Counted from the first letter of the stretch, positions 16,829 to 29,652 are shown. The stretch is 47,202 nucleotides of DNA from Bacteroidales bacterium (GCA_027011095.1 JALVAQ010000492.1:1-47202); one strand, 5' to 3'. Program-made: numbers and translations. The notes: generated from the letters alone by a model not told the origin.

Positions 16829-17245
16829 TTATAGTTCAAACTCGTTTACCCAGAAATCGTGTTTATTGCAAAAACTGGTAGCAAACAACTTTCCCTTGTA
16901 ACCATCAGGAAGCGTGTGTGTTGAAACCGGTTCGTCAGAAGGATAAAATGTTTTTGAGCCAATAACATTACCCTTTCCGTCAACTAAAGTATGCCTGACA
17001 ATGTAATGGGTTTCGCTCATGCCGTGATCGGTGGTAAGGGTAATTTGACTTCCATTAATTTTAATTTGCGGCACATGGCTTTCGGCCTTGTTTTTCCACA
17101 TACCCTGACTTTTGCGGGTGTATATTAACCCCGGCATATTTATATCGTTTGTTTTTAAACTCTTTTGAGCCATCAAAGGTGCAGCAACAGCAACGCCAAT
17201 GGTTGCCGCCAAACCTGTTTTTAAAAATGTTCTTCTGTTTTTCAT
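16829..17245 (-). CDS. Tat-signal desulfoferrodoxin-family (superoxide reductase-like) protein
   Basis: Twin-arginine leader MKNRRTFLKTGLAATIG. SOR iron-ligand layout is ESHVP, HGMSETH (H-x5-H) and CNKH (C-x2-H). Confidence 0.75.
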   Translation of the reverse strand: MKNRRTFLKTGLAATIGVAVAAPLMAQKSLKTNDINMPGLIYTRKSQGMWKNKAESHVPQIKINGSQITLTTDHGMSETHYIVRHTLVDGKGNVIGSKTFYPSDEPVSTHTLPDGYKGKLFATSFCNKHDFWVNEFEL

Positions 17246-17280
17246 ACTATTTTGTTTTAGCTTTAATCTTTTTATTGATA

Positions 17281-17288
17281 CAAAAGTA
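17281..17288 (-). promoter_or_regulatory. -7 promoter box TACTTTTG for the SOR-like / propeller operon
   Basis: Plus strand CAAAAGTA, 36 nt upstream of the ATG at 17245. Confidence 0.5.
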
Positions 17289-17395
17289 AGGGTTAAATTT
17301 CAATTTGATATCAGAATATGTAATATTTCACATCAAAGGCTAAAAAAGAATGTTATAATATTAAACCTGTTTTTAAATGATATGATATTTCTTAC

Positions 17396-17403
17396 TAATT
17401 TTG
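17396..17403 (+). promoter_or_regulatory. -7 promoter box TAATTTTG for gldE-gldD
   Basis: 34 nt upstream of the TTG start at 17437. Confidence 0.5.
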
Positions 17404-17436
17404 CCAAACATTTGATGTTTAACCAATCTCATTATT

Positions 17437-18777
17437 TTGGAAACAATCGACCCCGATTCTGTACCCGATTTACTTTCAATAGTTATTGATACTTTTTACA
17501 AAGGATTTTCTGTGGAGGTTGCTGTTTCCCTCCTCTTTTTTATTATTCTTATTATTGGTTCGGCCATGGTATCAGGTTCGGAGACGGCTTTTTTTTCGTT
17601 AACTCCCGGCGACCTCGAAAAGCTTAGAAACAAGAATGATAAGATTAGTAAGCTTATTTTAAAGCTGCGTGATATCCCCAAAAAACTACTTGCAACCATT
17701 TTAATAACCAACACATTTATCAATGTGGCCATCGTTATTTTATCTACCTATATTACTGCGCAAATGTTTTCGCTGGAAGCCAATCCGGTTTTAACTTTTG
17801 TTATTCAGGTGGTGGTGGTTACTTCGTTGATTTTAATTTTTGGCGAGATTGTTCCAAAAATCCTTGCCAACAGGCAGCCTGTAAAGGTGGCTCAAATGAT
17901 GGCGACAACTTTAAAGTTTTTAATCGTGTTTTTTAAACCGTTGAGCGTAATTTTAGTTAGCTCAACTAATATAATCGACAAACGGCTAAGCAATAAAGGC
18001 CAGTCTATTTCGATGAGTGACATTTCGGAAGCCATTGAGATTACCAACAAAGACAGTGACGAAGAGGAGAAATCAATCTTAAAAGGCATTGCCACCTTTG
18101 GCGAGAAAGAGGCCTCCGAAATTATGCGTTCACGTGTAAATGTTACGGCCATCGACATGGATGCATCGTTTGACGAAGTGGTAAAGGTGATTTTGGAATC
18201 GGGGTTTTCGAGGATACCTGTTTATAAAGAAAACTTCGACCATGTGCAGGGATTGCTTTACATTAAAGATTTATTACCCTGGCTCAACAAAAAAACGGCG
18301 GTAAAATGGCAAAAGCTGATTCGGCCTGCTTTTTTTGTACCTGAAAACAAAAAAATAAACGACCTGTTACAAGAGTTTCGTGAAAAAAAGATTCATCTTG
18401 CCATTGTGGTTGATGAGTATGGCGGCACTTCGGGCATTATTACGCTGGAAGACATTATTGAAGAGATTGTTGGTGAAATACACGACGAATACGATAAAGA
18501 GCCGGCTCCCTTTACTTTTGAAAAACTGTCGGACAACACCTGGCTTTTTGAAGCAAAAACGCCTTTAAACGATCTTTGTAAAATACTGGAAATAGATGAC
18601 GAAACCTTTGACGAGGTAAAAGGAGAATCGGACTCCTTGGGAGGACTAATATTGGAGTTGCAGGGAAAGATTCCCAAAAAGGGTAGTAAAATTTCATTCG
18701 GCTCTTTTGATTTTGAGGTTACCGATTCCGATGAGCGGAAAATAAATCAGGTAAAAGTTGTTATTAACAAAAAATAA
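17437..18777 (+). CDS. gldE: Gliding motility-associated protein GldE (CNNM/DUF21 + CBS pair + CorC_HlyC)
   Basis: 446 aa with DUF21-type TM helices, CBS region and a C-terminal CorC/HlyC domain, immediately followed by gldD. The frame opens at 17416. No in-frame ATG occurs before residue 53, so a TTG start is likely. Confidence 0.8.
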   Translation: METIDPDSVPDLLSIVIDTFYKGFSVEVAVSLLFFIILIIGSAMVSGSETAFFSLTPGDLEKLRNKNDKISKLILKLRDIPKKLLATILITNTFINVAIVILSTYITAQMFSLEANPVLTFVIQVVVVTSLILIFGEIVPKILANRQPVKVAQMMATTLKFLIVFFKPLSVILVSSTNIIDKRLSNKGQSISMSDISEAIEITNKDSDEEEKSILKGIATFGEKEASEIMRSRVNVTAIDMDASFDEVVKVILESGFSRIPVYKENFDHVQGLLYIKDLLPWLNKKTAVKWQKLIRPAFFVPENKKINDLLQEFREKKIHLAIVVDEYGGTSGIITLEDIIEEIVGEIHDEYDKEPAPFTFEKLSDNTWLFEAKTPLNDLCKILEIDDETFDEVKGESDSLGGLILELQGKIPKKGSKISFGSFDFEVTDSDERKINQVKVVINKK

Positions 18778-19355
18778 TGAAGAAGGTATTAATTGCGTTG
18801 ACGTTGTTATTTGTGGTGGCAGGCATGATGGCTTGTCACGAAGATTATTCTCCGAGGCCGAGGGGTTATTTCAGAATCGACCTTCCTGAAAAAGCTTATA
18901 AAAAACTGGACACTACCTTACCTTATCAATTTGAATATCCTGTTTATGCTACCATTACCGATGATCCTTACGCACCCAATGAAAAGAACTGGATAAACGT
19001 CAACTTTCCTTCGTTTAAAGCAGTATTGCATTTAAGCTACGAGCCTGTGCATAACAATCTGGAAAAGTACCTTAATGATGCACACACCCTTGTTTCAAAA
19101 CATATTCCAAAGGCGGAGGCCATTTACGACAGTCTGATTTATCATCCCGAAAAAAATGTTTACGGGCTTGCTTTTCGTATTGAGGGGCTTGGTGCCGCTT
19201 CACCCTACCAATTTTATGTAACCGACAGTACAACACACTATTTAAGAGGAGCACTCTATTTTAATTTACACCCCAACAACGACTCGCTGGCACCTGTAAT
19301 TAACTTTCTTGACAAGGACATCGACCACTTAGTTAACACGCTGCAATGGAAATAG
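18777..19355 (+). CDS. gldD: Gliding motility lipoprotein GldD
   Basis: 192 aa. Lipobox GMMAC followed by SPRPRGYFRIDLPEKAY, like the PKPKAFLRLEYP start I recall for F. johnsoniae GldD. Overlaps the gldE stop by 1 nt (TAATG). Confidence 0.72.
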   Translation: MKKVLIALTLLFVVAGMMACHEDYSPRPRGYFRIDLPEKAYKKLDTTLPYQFEYPVYATITDDPYAPNEKNWINVNFPSFKAVLHLSYEPVHNNLEKYLNDAHTLVSKHIPKAEAIYDSLIYHPEKNVYGLAFRIEGLGAASPYQFYVTDSTTHYLRGALYFNLHPNNDSLAPVINFLDKDIDHLVNTLQWK

Positions 19356-19601
19356 AAATAGTAAACATGAACGAGCTTTAGGGAGAAAAATATTAGCCAT
19401 TTCTCTATTATTCCGTCCCTGGCGGAATTGATTATCATTTATATTGAAATTGTTCAAAGTTTATTTGATTTGACAAAACCTTTAAGCGCATCAAAATAGG
19501 AATTAGCCGGCCAATCATCTTGCTTTCTCCAACCAAATAAACTTCTTTCAACATATGTTAGTTTTTTTCATATCTTCATCCTCGAAAAACGAAACCGGGT
19601 T

Positions 19602-21491
19602 ATGCTGTTAAACATCTCATTTCATTTCAATTACTTTCCGTTGATGGTGGTTATGGCTGTGGCATGGTTTACCCCCATGTTGCTTTCGTGGATAAATTTG
19701 CGGAAAGTACCCTCGGTAATTGTTGAAATATTGCTGGGGTTTGTAATAGGTCATTATTTTATTGAGTTTGACGAACACAGTCTTGAAATCCTCCGCTTTC
19801 TGGCACTGTCGGGTTTTGTTTTTTTGATGTTTTTAAGCGGCCTTGAAATAGACATGGATCAGATTTTAGCATCACTGCCGCGTAAACGGCTAACAATTGC
19901 TTCTTACCTAAGCAACCCTTTGCTAATTGGTATCTCCCATTTTCTTTTAGCCATGGTGCTCTCTTATATTGCCGCCTGGTGGTTGTCGGGGATGACTTCC
20001 ATTGGGAACGTTTGGTATTTTTCGTTGATTATGGTAACCACCTCGGTAGGGATTATTCTACCAGTATTAAAAAACAGAGGAGAAATTCACAGCCGTTTTG
20101 GGCAGATGCTGATTATTGCTGCAGCCGTGGCCGACATCTTCAGCATTTTACTTTTTACCTTTACCGCCTCCATTTTAAAAAACGGATTTCACTGGGATTT
20201 ACTACTGATTGTGGCATTATTTTTTGTTTTTTACCTGTTTTATCTCGCAGGACAAAAGCTAAAACATATTCCGGCACTCAAACGGATAACTTACCAACTG
20301 TCGCATGCAGCCTCGCAAATTAACATACGCAGTATTTTGCTGTTGATATTAATTTTTGTGGTCATTGCGCAATACATTGGCGAAGAGGTGATTCTGCTGG
20401 GTGCATTTTTAAGCGGACTGCTGCTGTCAGCATTTCTGCACCGGGGACGTTCGCTGGCCATGATTAAACTGGACGGCATGGGTTATGGTTTTTTTATCCC
20501 CATCTTTTTTATTATGGTAGGCTACGAGTTTGACCCTTCTGCTTTCAGCGAATTTAAAAACTCACTGGTTTTCTTTTTAATGGCATTACTGGTGGTGCTG
20601 TTTTTAATAAAGTTGATTCCATCGATGCTTTGGGTTCGTCTGTTTGGATTCAGACAGGCTGTTTCGGGGGGATTTTTAATGTCGTCGCGATTGAGTTTAA
20701 TTATTGCAGCTTCGGCCATAGGCCTTCAGTTGGGTGTTATTTCGCCGGGAATTAACGCTAGCTTTGTAATGATGGCTGCGGTAACCTGTTTACTTTCGCC
20801 AACACTTTTTAATCTCCTTTCGCCCGTAAAAAAACTGGAAGGCTCCAAAACCATTATCATTGGAGGGAGCAGCACCGGCGTATTACTTTCGCGCAGGATG
20901 CACCTGCATGCAAAAAAAGTACTGATTGTTGAAAAAGACCCTGCACGATTTCGGGAAATAAAAAACAAAGGTTTATGGGTTATTCAGGGCGATGGCATGG
21001 ATAAAGGGCTATATGATAAGATAAAACTCAGCCCGGAAAACTATGTGGTTGTTGAATGTGGTTCCGATGAAATTAACAGTGCCGTGAGCAAGCTGTTAAG
21101 GAAAGAGTTCCTTCACGAAAAAATTATCACGCGCTCGGGCAGCCTTAAAGTTGAGGCAAAACTAAAGCAGCAGGGAGTCGAAGCAGTTGACTCAAGGCGT
21201 GTTATGGCCACCACCATCGAAAACCTGATAGTAAGGCCTGCTACCTACCACGATTTGGTAGAGTCTTTCGAGAATTTTAGCCTGGATGAAATACAGGTTT
21301 CAAACAACGAAATGGACGGGCGGCAGGTAAAAACCATTCCCTTTCATAACGATGCCATCTTAATGATTATTAAAAGAGGAAATGATTCGTACATTCCTCA
21401 TGGAGAAACCTACCTCAGAAAAGGCGATATTCTGCATGTTTTTGGTACTGATACAGCACTGGAAGACACCCGAAAAAAAGTTACCGGGTAA
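19602..21491 (+). CDS. CPA2-family cation:proton antiporter with C-terminal TrkA-N/TrkA-C (RCK) domains
   Basis: 629 aa. About 400 aa of polytopic Na_H_exchanger-like helices, then the Rossmann-type IIIGGSSTGVLLSRRM and a TrkA-C-like tail. Confidence 0.85.
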   Translation: MLLNISFHFNYFPLMVVMAVAWFTPMLLSWINLRKVPSVIVEILLGFVIGHYFIEFDEHSLEILRFLALSGFVFLMFLSGLEIDMDQILASLPRKRLTIASYLSNPLLIGISHFLLAMVLSYIAAWWLSGMTSIGNVWYFSLIMVTTSVGIILPVLKNRGEIHSRFGQMLIIAAAVADIFSILLFTFTASILKNGFHWDLLLIVALFFVFYLFYLAGQKLKHIPALKRITYQLSHAASQINIRSILLLILIFVVIAQYIGEEVILLGAFLSGLLLSAFLHRGRSLAMIKLDGMGYGFFIPIFFIMVGYEFDPSAFSEFKNSLVFFLMALLVVLFLIKLIPSMLWVRLFGFRQAVSGGFLMSSRLSLIIAASAIGLQLGVISPGINASFVMMAAVTCLLSPTLFNLLSPVKKLEGSKTIIIGGSSTGVLLSRRMHLHAKKVLIVEKDPARFREIKNKGLWVIQGDGMDKGLYDKIKLSPENYVVVECGSDEINSAVSKLLRKEFLHEKIITRSGSLKVEAKLKQQGVEAVDSRRVMATTIENLIVRPATYHDLVESFENFSLDEIQVSNNEMDGRQVKTIPFHNDAILMIIKRGNDSYIPHGETYLRKGDILHVFGTDTALEDTRKKVTG

Positions 21492-21555
21492 AACAAAAAT
21501 GACAGCAAATAATTTGTCAGCGAAACAAAACTGCTGGCAACAAAATCGTTACCTG

Positions 21556-22215
21556 CTATTTTGCCATCTCTTTAATCATTGCATTCACAACCACAGTTGC
21601 ATCTTCTTTAATATCAAGAATAGTGCCGTCAAGCATATAACATGGAGTGGTAAAAACATTGTATTTATGATCGTGAACCACCATACCGTGGGTGGTAACC
21701 ACATGCTTGCTTCCCATTTTTTCGATGGCTCCGGCAGTACCCGGGTCGTTGCCAATGGTAACTTCAACCCCTTCGATAACCTTTGCTACAACAGCCGGGG
21801 AGATACAAAGTGCCCCAATGGGCTTGTGCAGTGCAAGCGTACTTTTGATGCTGGCTTCCACCTCCTCATTAACTTTGGCATCGGGACCGTCAAAAGCAAC
21901 AGTTGAAAGGTTTTTGGCCGCTCCAAAACCACCCGGAAAAATCAATGCATCATACTCATCGGCTTTGTATTCCGATAGCGGTTTTATGTCGCCGCGGGCA
22001 ATACGTGCCGATTCAATTAAAACATTTCTGCTTTCAGGCATCTCCTCTCCCGTAAGATGATTAATAACATGATACTGTGGAATGTCAGGTGCAAAACATT
22101 GATAATCGGCACCCGCTTCTTTAATGGCCAACATGGTCAGTGTGGCTTCATGGATTTCGGCACCATCAAAAACGCCGCATCCCGACAAAACAACTGCAAA
22201 TTTTTTATTTTCCAT
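21556..22215 (-). CDS. elbB: Isoprenoid biosynthesis glyoxalase ElbB (DJ-1/PfpI superfamily)
   Basis: 219 aa. The start FAVVLSGCGVFDGAEIHE and the IGALCISP nucleophile-elbow region are typical of ElbB. Confidence 0.85.
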   Translation of the reverse strand: MENKKFAVVLSGCGVFDGAEIHEATLTMLAIKEAGADYQCFAPDIPQYHVINHLTGEEMPESRNVLIESARIARGDIKPLSEYKADEYDALIFPGGFGAAKNLSTVAFDGPDAKVNEEVEASIKSTLALHKPIGALCISPAVVAKVIEGVEVTIGNDPGTAGAIEKMGSKHVVTTHGMVVHDHKYNVFTTPCYMLDGTILDIKEDATVVVNAMIKEMAK

Positions 22216-22320
22216 GATAATGTTTGTTTTGAAAGTTTAACTCAGCTTACCAATGGCTAAATTATAAAAAAATACAACGCCCACATTCCGGAACTCAACC
22301 ACTGATAAGAATATTAAGCA

Positions 22321-22448
22321 ATGCTTAAATGTGTTAATGCGTAAATGTGTTAATGCGTAAATGTGTTAATGCGTAAATGTGTTAATGCGTAAATGTGTAA
22401 ATGCTTAAATGTGTAAATGCTTAAATGCTTAAATGTAACAATGCAACA
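22321..22448. repeat. Tandem array of sixteen 8-bp units, each starting with ATG (core: 4 perfect copies of a 16-bp unit)
   Basis: Read directly: ATGCTTAA ATGTGTTA (ATGCGTAA ATGTGTTA)x3 ATGCGTAA ATGTGTAA ATGCTTAA ATGTGTAA ATGCTTAA ATGCTTAA ATGTAACA ATGCAACA. Begins 6 bp from the icmF stop codon. Confidence 0.95.
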
Positions 22449-22454
22449 ATTTAC

Positions 22455-25826
<3,372 letters not shown>

Positions 25827-25850
25827 TTTAACTGTTTTTATGGGTAGCTG

Positions 25851-25858
25851 CAAAGATA
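25851..25858 (-). promoter_or_regulatory. -7 promoter box TATCTTTG for icmF
   Basis: Plus strand CAAAGATA, 25 nt upstream of the ATG at 25826. Confidence 0.5.
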
Positions 25859-25903
25859 AAACTTTAAAAGATAGCATTAAATAACATACTTTGAATATTT
25901 ACT

Positions 25904-25911
25904 TACTTTTG
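25904..25911 (+). promoter_or_regulatory. -7 promoter box TACTTTTG for fabH (divergent from icmF)
   Basis: 24 nt upstream of the ATG at 25935. Confidence 0.5.
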
Positions 25912-25934
25912 CAGCGGTTTTTTAAAAAATTGTT

Positions 25935-26936
25935 ATGGCTAAAATCAGAGCGGCTATTAAAGGTATCCATGCATGGGCACCTGAATACATACTCACTAAC
26001 AAGGAGTTGGAAAAGATGGTTGACACCACTGATGAGTGGATAATGACCCGTACGGGTATTAAAGAGCGTCATATTTTAAAGGGAGAAGGAAAAGGTACTT
26101 CCGACATTGGTGTTGAAGCCGTGAAAGGTTTGTTGAATAAAACCAACACAAATCCCGACGATATTGATTTGGTAATTTGTGCTACGGTAACCCCCGATAT
26201 GGTTTATCCGGCTACAGCAAACATTATCAGCGATAAAGTTGGAATTAAAAATGCTTTTAGTTTTGATATCAATGCGGCTTGTTCGGGATTTTTGTATTCG
26301 TTGGTTACCGCTTCACAATTTATTGAAACCGGAAAATATAAAAAGGTTATTGTGGTAGGCGCCGATAAAATGTCGTCGGTGGTAGATTACACCGACCGTA
26401 CCACCTGCGTGCTATTTGGCGATGCCGGAGGTGCTGTTTTGCTGGAGCCTTCGGAAGATGGAACCGGTATTATCGATTCAAGATTATATACCGATGGCGC
26501 AGGCAGGGTGCATTTACATCAAAAAGCAGGTGGCTCTGTAAGGCCGGCATCACACGAAACCGTTGACAACAAGGAACATTTTGTTTATCAGGAAGGCCAG
26601 CCGGTGTTTAAGTTTGCCGTAACGCGCATGGCAGATGTTTCTGTGGAGATAATGGAGCGAAACAACTTAAAATCGGAAGACATTTCGTGGCTGGTGCCCC
26701 ACCAGGCCAACATGCGTATTATTGATGCCACTGCACGCCGTATGGGACTGGAAAAGGAAAAGGTGATGATAAATATTGAGCGCTACGGCAACACCACCAA
26801 CGGAACCATTCCCATGTGCCTGCACGAATGGCAGGATCAACTGAAAAAGGGAGACAACCTTGTTTTAGCTGCCTTTGGTGGTGGGTTTACCTGGGGTTCC
26901 ATCTATTTGAAATGGGCTTACGACGGGGATAAATAG
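25935..26936 (+). CDS. fabH: Beta-ketoacyl-ACP synthase III
   Basis: 333 aa. Active-site context [23 protein letters not shown] and [11 protein letters not shown]. Confidence 0.9.
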   Translation: MAKIRAAIKGIHAWAPEYILTNKELEKMVDTTDEWIMTRTGIKERHILKGEGKGTSDIGVEAVKGLLNKTNTNPDDIDLVICATVTPDMVYPATANIISDKVGIKNAFSFDINAACSGFLYSLVTASQFIETGKYKKVIVVGADKMSSVVDYTDRTTCVLFGDAGGAVLLEPSEDGTGIIDSRLYTDGAGRVHLHQKAGGSVRPASHETVDNKEHFVYQEGQPVFKFAVTRMADVSVEIMERNNLKSEDISWLVPHQANMRIIDATARRMGLEKEKVMINIERYGNTTNGTIPMCLHEWQDQLKKGDNLVLAAFGGGFTWGSIYLKWAYDGDK

Positions 26937-26989
26937 TTTTTGTTTTGACCCTTAGTTACAGTGTTTTAGCTTACTGCTTGTGAGGGTGA

Positions 26990-27098
26990 GTATATGCGTA
27001 GTGCGGGTTTTCGAAATACTTCACTTTCAACTTACACTGAATTATCTTTATAGTTAAATCATTCATATTTAGAATTTTGCCCCGCATTACGCTTATAC
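26990..27098. repeat. 109-bp element bounded by 18-bp imperfect inverted repeats
   Basis: GTATATGCGTAGTGCGGG (26990-27007) pairs with CCCGCATTACGCTTATAC (27081-27098). By my base-by-base pairing that is 16 Watson-Crick pairs, one G-U and one mismatch. The 73-nt interior is AT-rich. Confidence 0.6.
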
Positions 27099-27117
27099 AT
27101 TGTTGTAAAGCGTTTTT

Positions 27118-27705
27118 TTATTTCCAAAAAATCTGTTCACTTTCTGCAATTATTGTATCACCATTTGATTTAAATATTTTTACTATCAGTCTATGAGTCA
27201 TATCTATAGTGGGATGTTCAGCAATGTATAAATCAGGATTAAGAAAGTCTTCCTTTGGTAATAATTTCTCAAATTCAACACTATCAAGCTTTTCAAAATG
27301 ATACTTAGAATGGATTTTGTTAGGTTCTTCTAATATTTTTACAATTATTAAATCATTTAATAATGAATTTGCAGGATAGGCTTCATTAAAATTCGAATTA
27401 CTTGTAATCTCAATTTTTGTCATTGGAATTTTCATTCCTTTCCGCCCATAGTCGCAATTAAGTGCACAAGTCGTTTTAATAAGATTTGTTCTAATACGAT
27501 TCCATGCCATGTATCGAGTGTCCAATTGTCGTATTTCAAAATTCAGACTATCAGATGTCTCAACCGTTGTTAAACTCTTGATATGCACCTGGATTTCAGA
27601 AAAGTCGTAATAGTCAACGTCTTTGCAATATCCATGATCACAAGATTGAACAAAAAATATTAATACAAAATATGCTCCCGTTAGTATTAAAATTTTTTTA
27701 ATCAT
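27118..27705 (-). CDS. Hypothetical lipoprotein (AT-rich orphan gene)
   Basis: 195 aa. Signal peptide with lipobox-like FVQSC. No family motif recognised. Composition is markedly AT-richer than the neighbours. Confidence 0.55.
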   Translation of the reverse strand: MIKKILILTGAYFVLIFFVQSCDHGYCKDVDYYDFSEIQVHIKSLTTVETSDSLNFEIRQLDTRYMAWNRIRTNLIKTTCALNCDYGRKGMKIPMTKIEITSNSNFNEAYPANSLLNDLIIVKILEEPNKIHSKYHFEKLDSVEFEKLLPKEDFLNPDLYIAEHPTIDMTHRLIVKIFKSNGDTIIAESEQIFWK

Positions 27706-27770
27706 TTATTCTCATTTATGTTCGTCATGTGATTGTTTTAAAGTGCTTTACAACTACAAACTAAGTACAC

Positions 27771-27809
27771 CAAACAAAAAACATTTTACAAATCCAAAAG
27801 ATTGTAAAA
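27771..27809 (-). terminator. Candidate terminator of the acyl-CoA ligase gene
   Basis: TTTTACAA / TTGTAAAA is a perfect 8-bp stem (27784-27809) with a 10-nt loop. On the minus strand it is followed by TGTTTTTTGTTTG. Confidence 0.4.
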
Positions 27810-27846
27810 CAGCGCCTACAAACCTTTATATGATTAAAAACAAACC

Positions 27847-29625
27847 TTAGTTTTTTTCATATATCTCATCCAACAGGTTTTTATAATTGGCTAAAATTAC
27901 CTTACGCTTTAGCTTTTGAGTGGGCGATAAAAAACCGTTTTCCGGGTTCCAGTCTTCACAAACAAGCTTAAACTTTTTAACCTTCATTACCTTATTCAGC
28001 TCGCTGTTAAATTTTTCCACCTCTTTTTCGTAGCGGGTAATAACCTTTTGGTTGTTAACCATCTCTTTGTAATCGGCTGCTTCAACATGGTGGATTTTGC
28101 ACCAGTCGGTAAGAAATTTAAAATCGGGAACAATTAATGCCGCCGTATGTTTTTCGTTTTCACCCACCACCATTATCTGCTCAATAAACATCGACTCTTT
28201 AAAAATATTTTCCACCTGCTGAGGCGCAACATATTTTCCTCCCGAAAGTTTAAAAATCTCTTTTTTCCTGTCGGTGATGCGCAACATGCGTCCTTCATCT
28301 ATTTCGCCGATATCGCCGGTATGAAACCATCCTTCCGCATCGATGGCCTCTTTGGTTTTTTCAGGGTCTTTGTAATACCCTTTCATTACATTTTCGCCTT
28401 TTACAAGAATTTCGCCGTCTTCGGCAATTTTAACCTGTATGGAATTGGGCACATAGCCCACCCATCCAAATCGTACATATGGGTGATAAACATTGTTGGC
28501 GGCCACAAGCGGCGATGTTTCGGTAAGTCCGTAACCCTCCTGGACAAATATCTTGGCAGCCCAGAACACTCTGGCTAAGCGCGGTTGCAGGGCAGCACCT
28601 CCGGCAATAACCCCTTTAAGTTCTCCCCCCAACGCTTCGCGCCACTTACTGAAAATTAGCTTGTTGGCAATGGCCAGTTTAAAATTATAAAAAGCACTCC
28701 GCTTTGCAGGATCGGGATTAAACTTATCGCCCACTTCCAAAGCCCAAAAAAACAGTGACTTTTTAATTCCTTTCAACTCACGCCCTTTATTTACAATTTT
28801 ATCGTAAACCTTTTCAAAAACCCTCGGAACAGTAATAAAGGTGTTGGCTTTTATGTCGCGCATGTCATTGCCAATGGTTTCAATATTTTCGGCATAATAA
28901 ATCTGTAAGCCGTGATACTGCCACAAATAATTGCCTGTGCGCTCCAAAATATGCGACAGAGGCAAAAAGCTCAACGCCCTGTCGCCGGGTTCAAGATATT
29001 GAATAAATTCGTCAGCCAGTTTAACATTGCTAACAATGTTGTTATGGGTAAGCATTACTCCTTTCGACAACCCCGTGGTTCCTGAAGTATAGATAAGTGT
29101 GGACAAATCATCGGGTTGAACCTCGTCTCTTCTTTTTTCGAGTAAAGGGCGTAATTCCGATTCTTTACTTTCGCCCAATTGTTGTATCTCTTTCCAGTTT
29201 TTTACTCCTTCCACCTCGTCGATGGTAAATATCTCCATCAAATTTGGGGTATCATCAAAAACGGGTTTTAATTTATGATAGAGTGCTTCGGAAGCAACAA
29301 ACAGCAACTTCGACTCCGAATGTGATAAAATATGACGATATTCCGTTTCGCTAATGGTAGGATAAATGGTAACCTGCACACAACCTATCTGCGAAAGGCC
29401 TGTTTCCAAAAAATTCCATTCGGGCCGGTTGTTGGTAACAATGGCTACCTTATCGCCCTTTTCAAGTCCCGATGCCAGCAATCCAAGACTGACTAAATCG
29501 GCATTTTTTCTATATTCCTTAGTGCTGAAAGTTTCCCATTTTCCATCACGTTTTACTGCCAGTGCAATATTGTGGTTGAAATTTTTTTCGGCGTTACTTA
29601 ATACGTCAAAAGTTCGTGTTACCAT
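27847..29625 (-). CDS. Long-chain-fatty-acid--CoA ligase (AMP-dependent synthetase)
   Basis: YTSGTTGLSKGVMLTHNN, GYGLTE, TGDIG and FKLSGGKY motifs. The start is moved to MVTRTFDV (29625) because a -7 box (29653-29660) lies inside the track's extension. Confidence 0.85.
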   Translation of the reverse strand: MVTRTFDVLSNAEKNFNHNIALAVKRDGKWETFSTKEYRKNADLVSLGLLASGLEKGDKVAIVTNNRPEWNFLETGLSQIGCVQVTIYPTISETEYRHILSHSESKLLFVASEALYHKLKPVFDDTPNLMEIFTIDEVEGVKNWKEIQQLGESKESELRPLLEKRRDEVQPDDLSTLIYTSGTTGLSKGVMLTHNNIVSNVKLADEFIQYLEPGDRALSFLPLSHILERTGNYLWQYHGLQIYYAENIETIGNDMRDIKANTFITVPRVFEKVYDKIVNKGRELKGIKKSLFFWALEVGDKFNPDPAKRSAFYNFKLAIANKLIFSKWREALGGELKGVIAGGAALQPRLARVFWAAKIFVQEGYGLTETSPLVAANNVYHPYVRFGWVGYVPNSIQVKIAEDGEILVKGENVMKGYYKDPEKTKEAIDAEGWFHTGDIGEIDEGRMLRITDRKKEIFKLSGGKYVAPQQVENIFKESMFIEQIMVVGENEKHTAALIVPDFKFLTDWCKIHHVEAADYKEMVNNQKVITRYEKEVEKFNSELNKVMKVKKFKLVCEDWNPENGFLSPTQKLKRKVILANYKNLLDEIYEKN

Positions 29626-29652
29626 AAAAGTAGTTGTTAATTTTTTGCAAGT

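Noticed and set aside
22321-22448. Possible CRISPR array
   Set aside because: The units are contiguous 8/16-bp repeats with no unique spacers, they are far shorter than CRISPR repeats, and there are no cas genes in the window.
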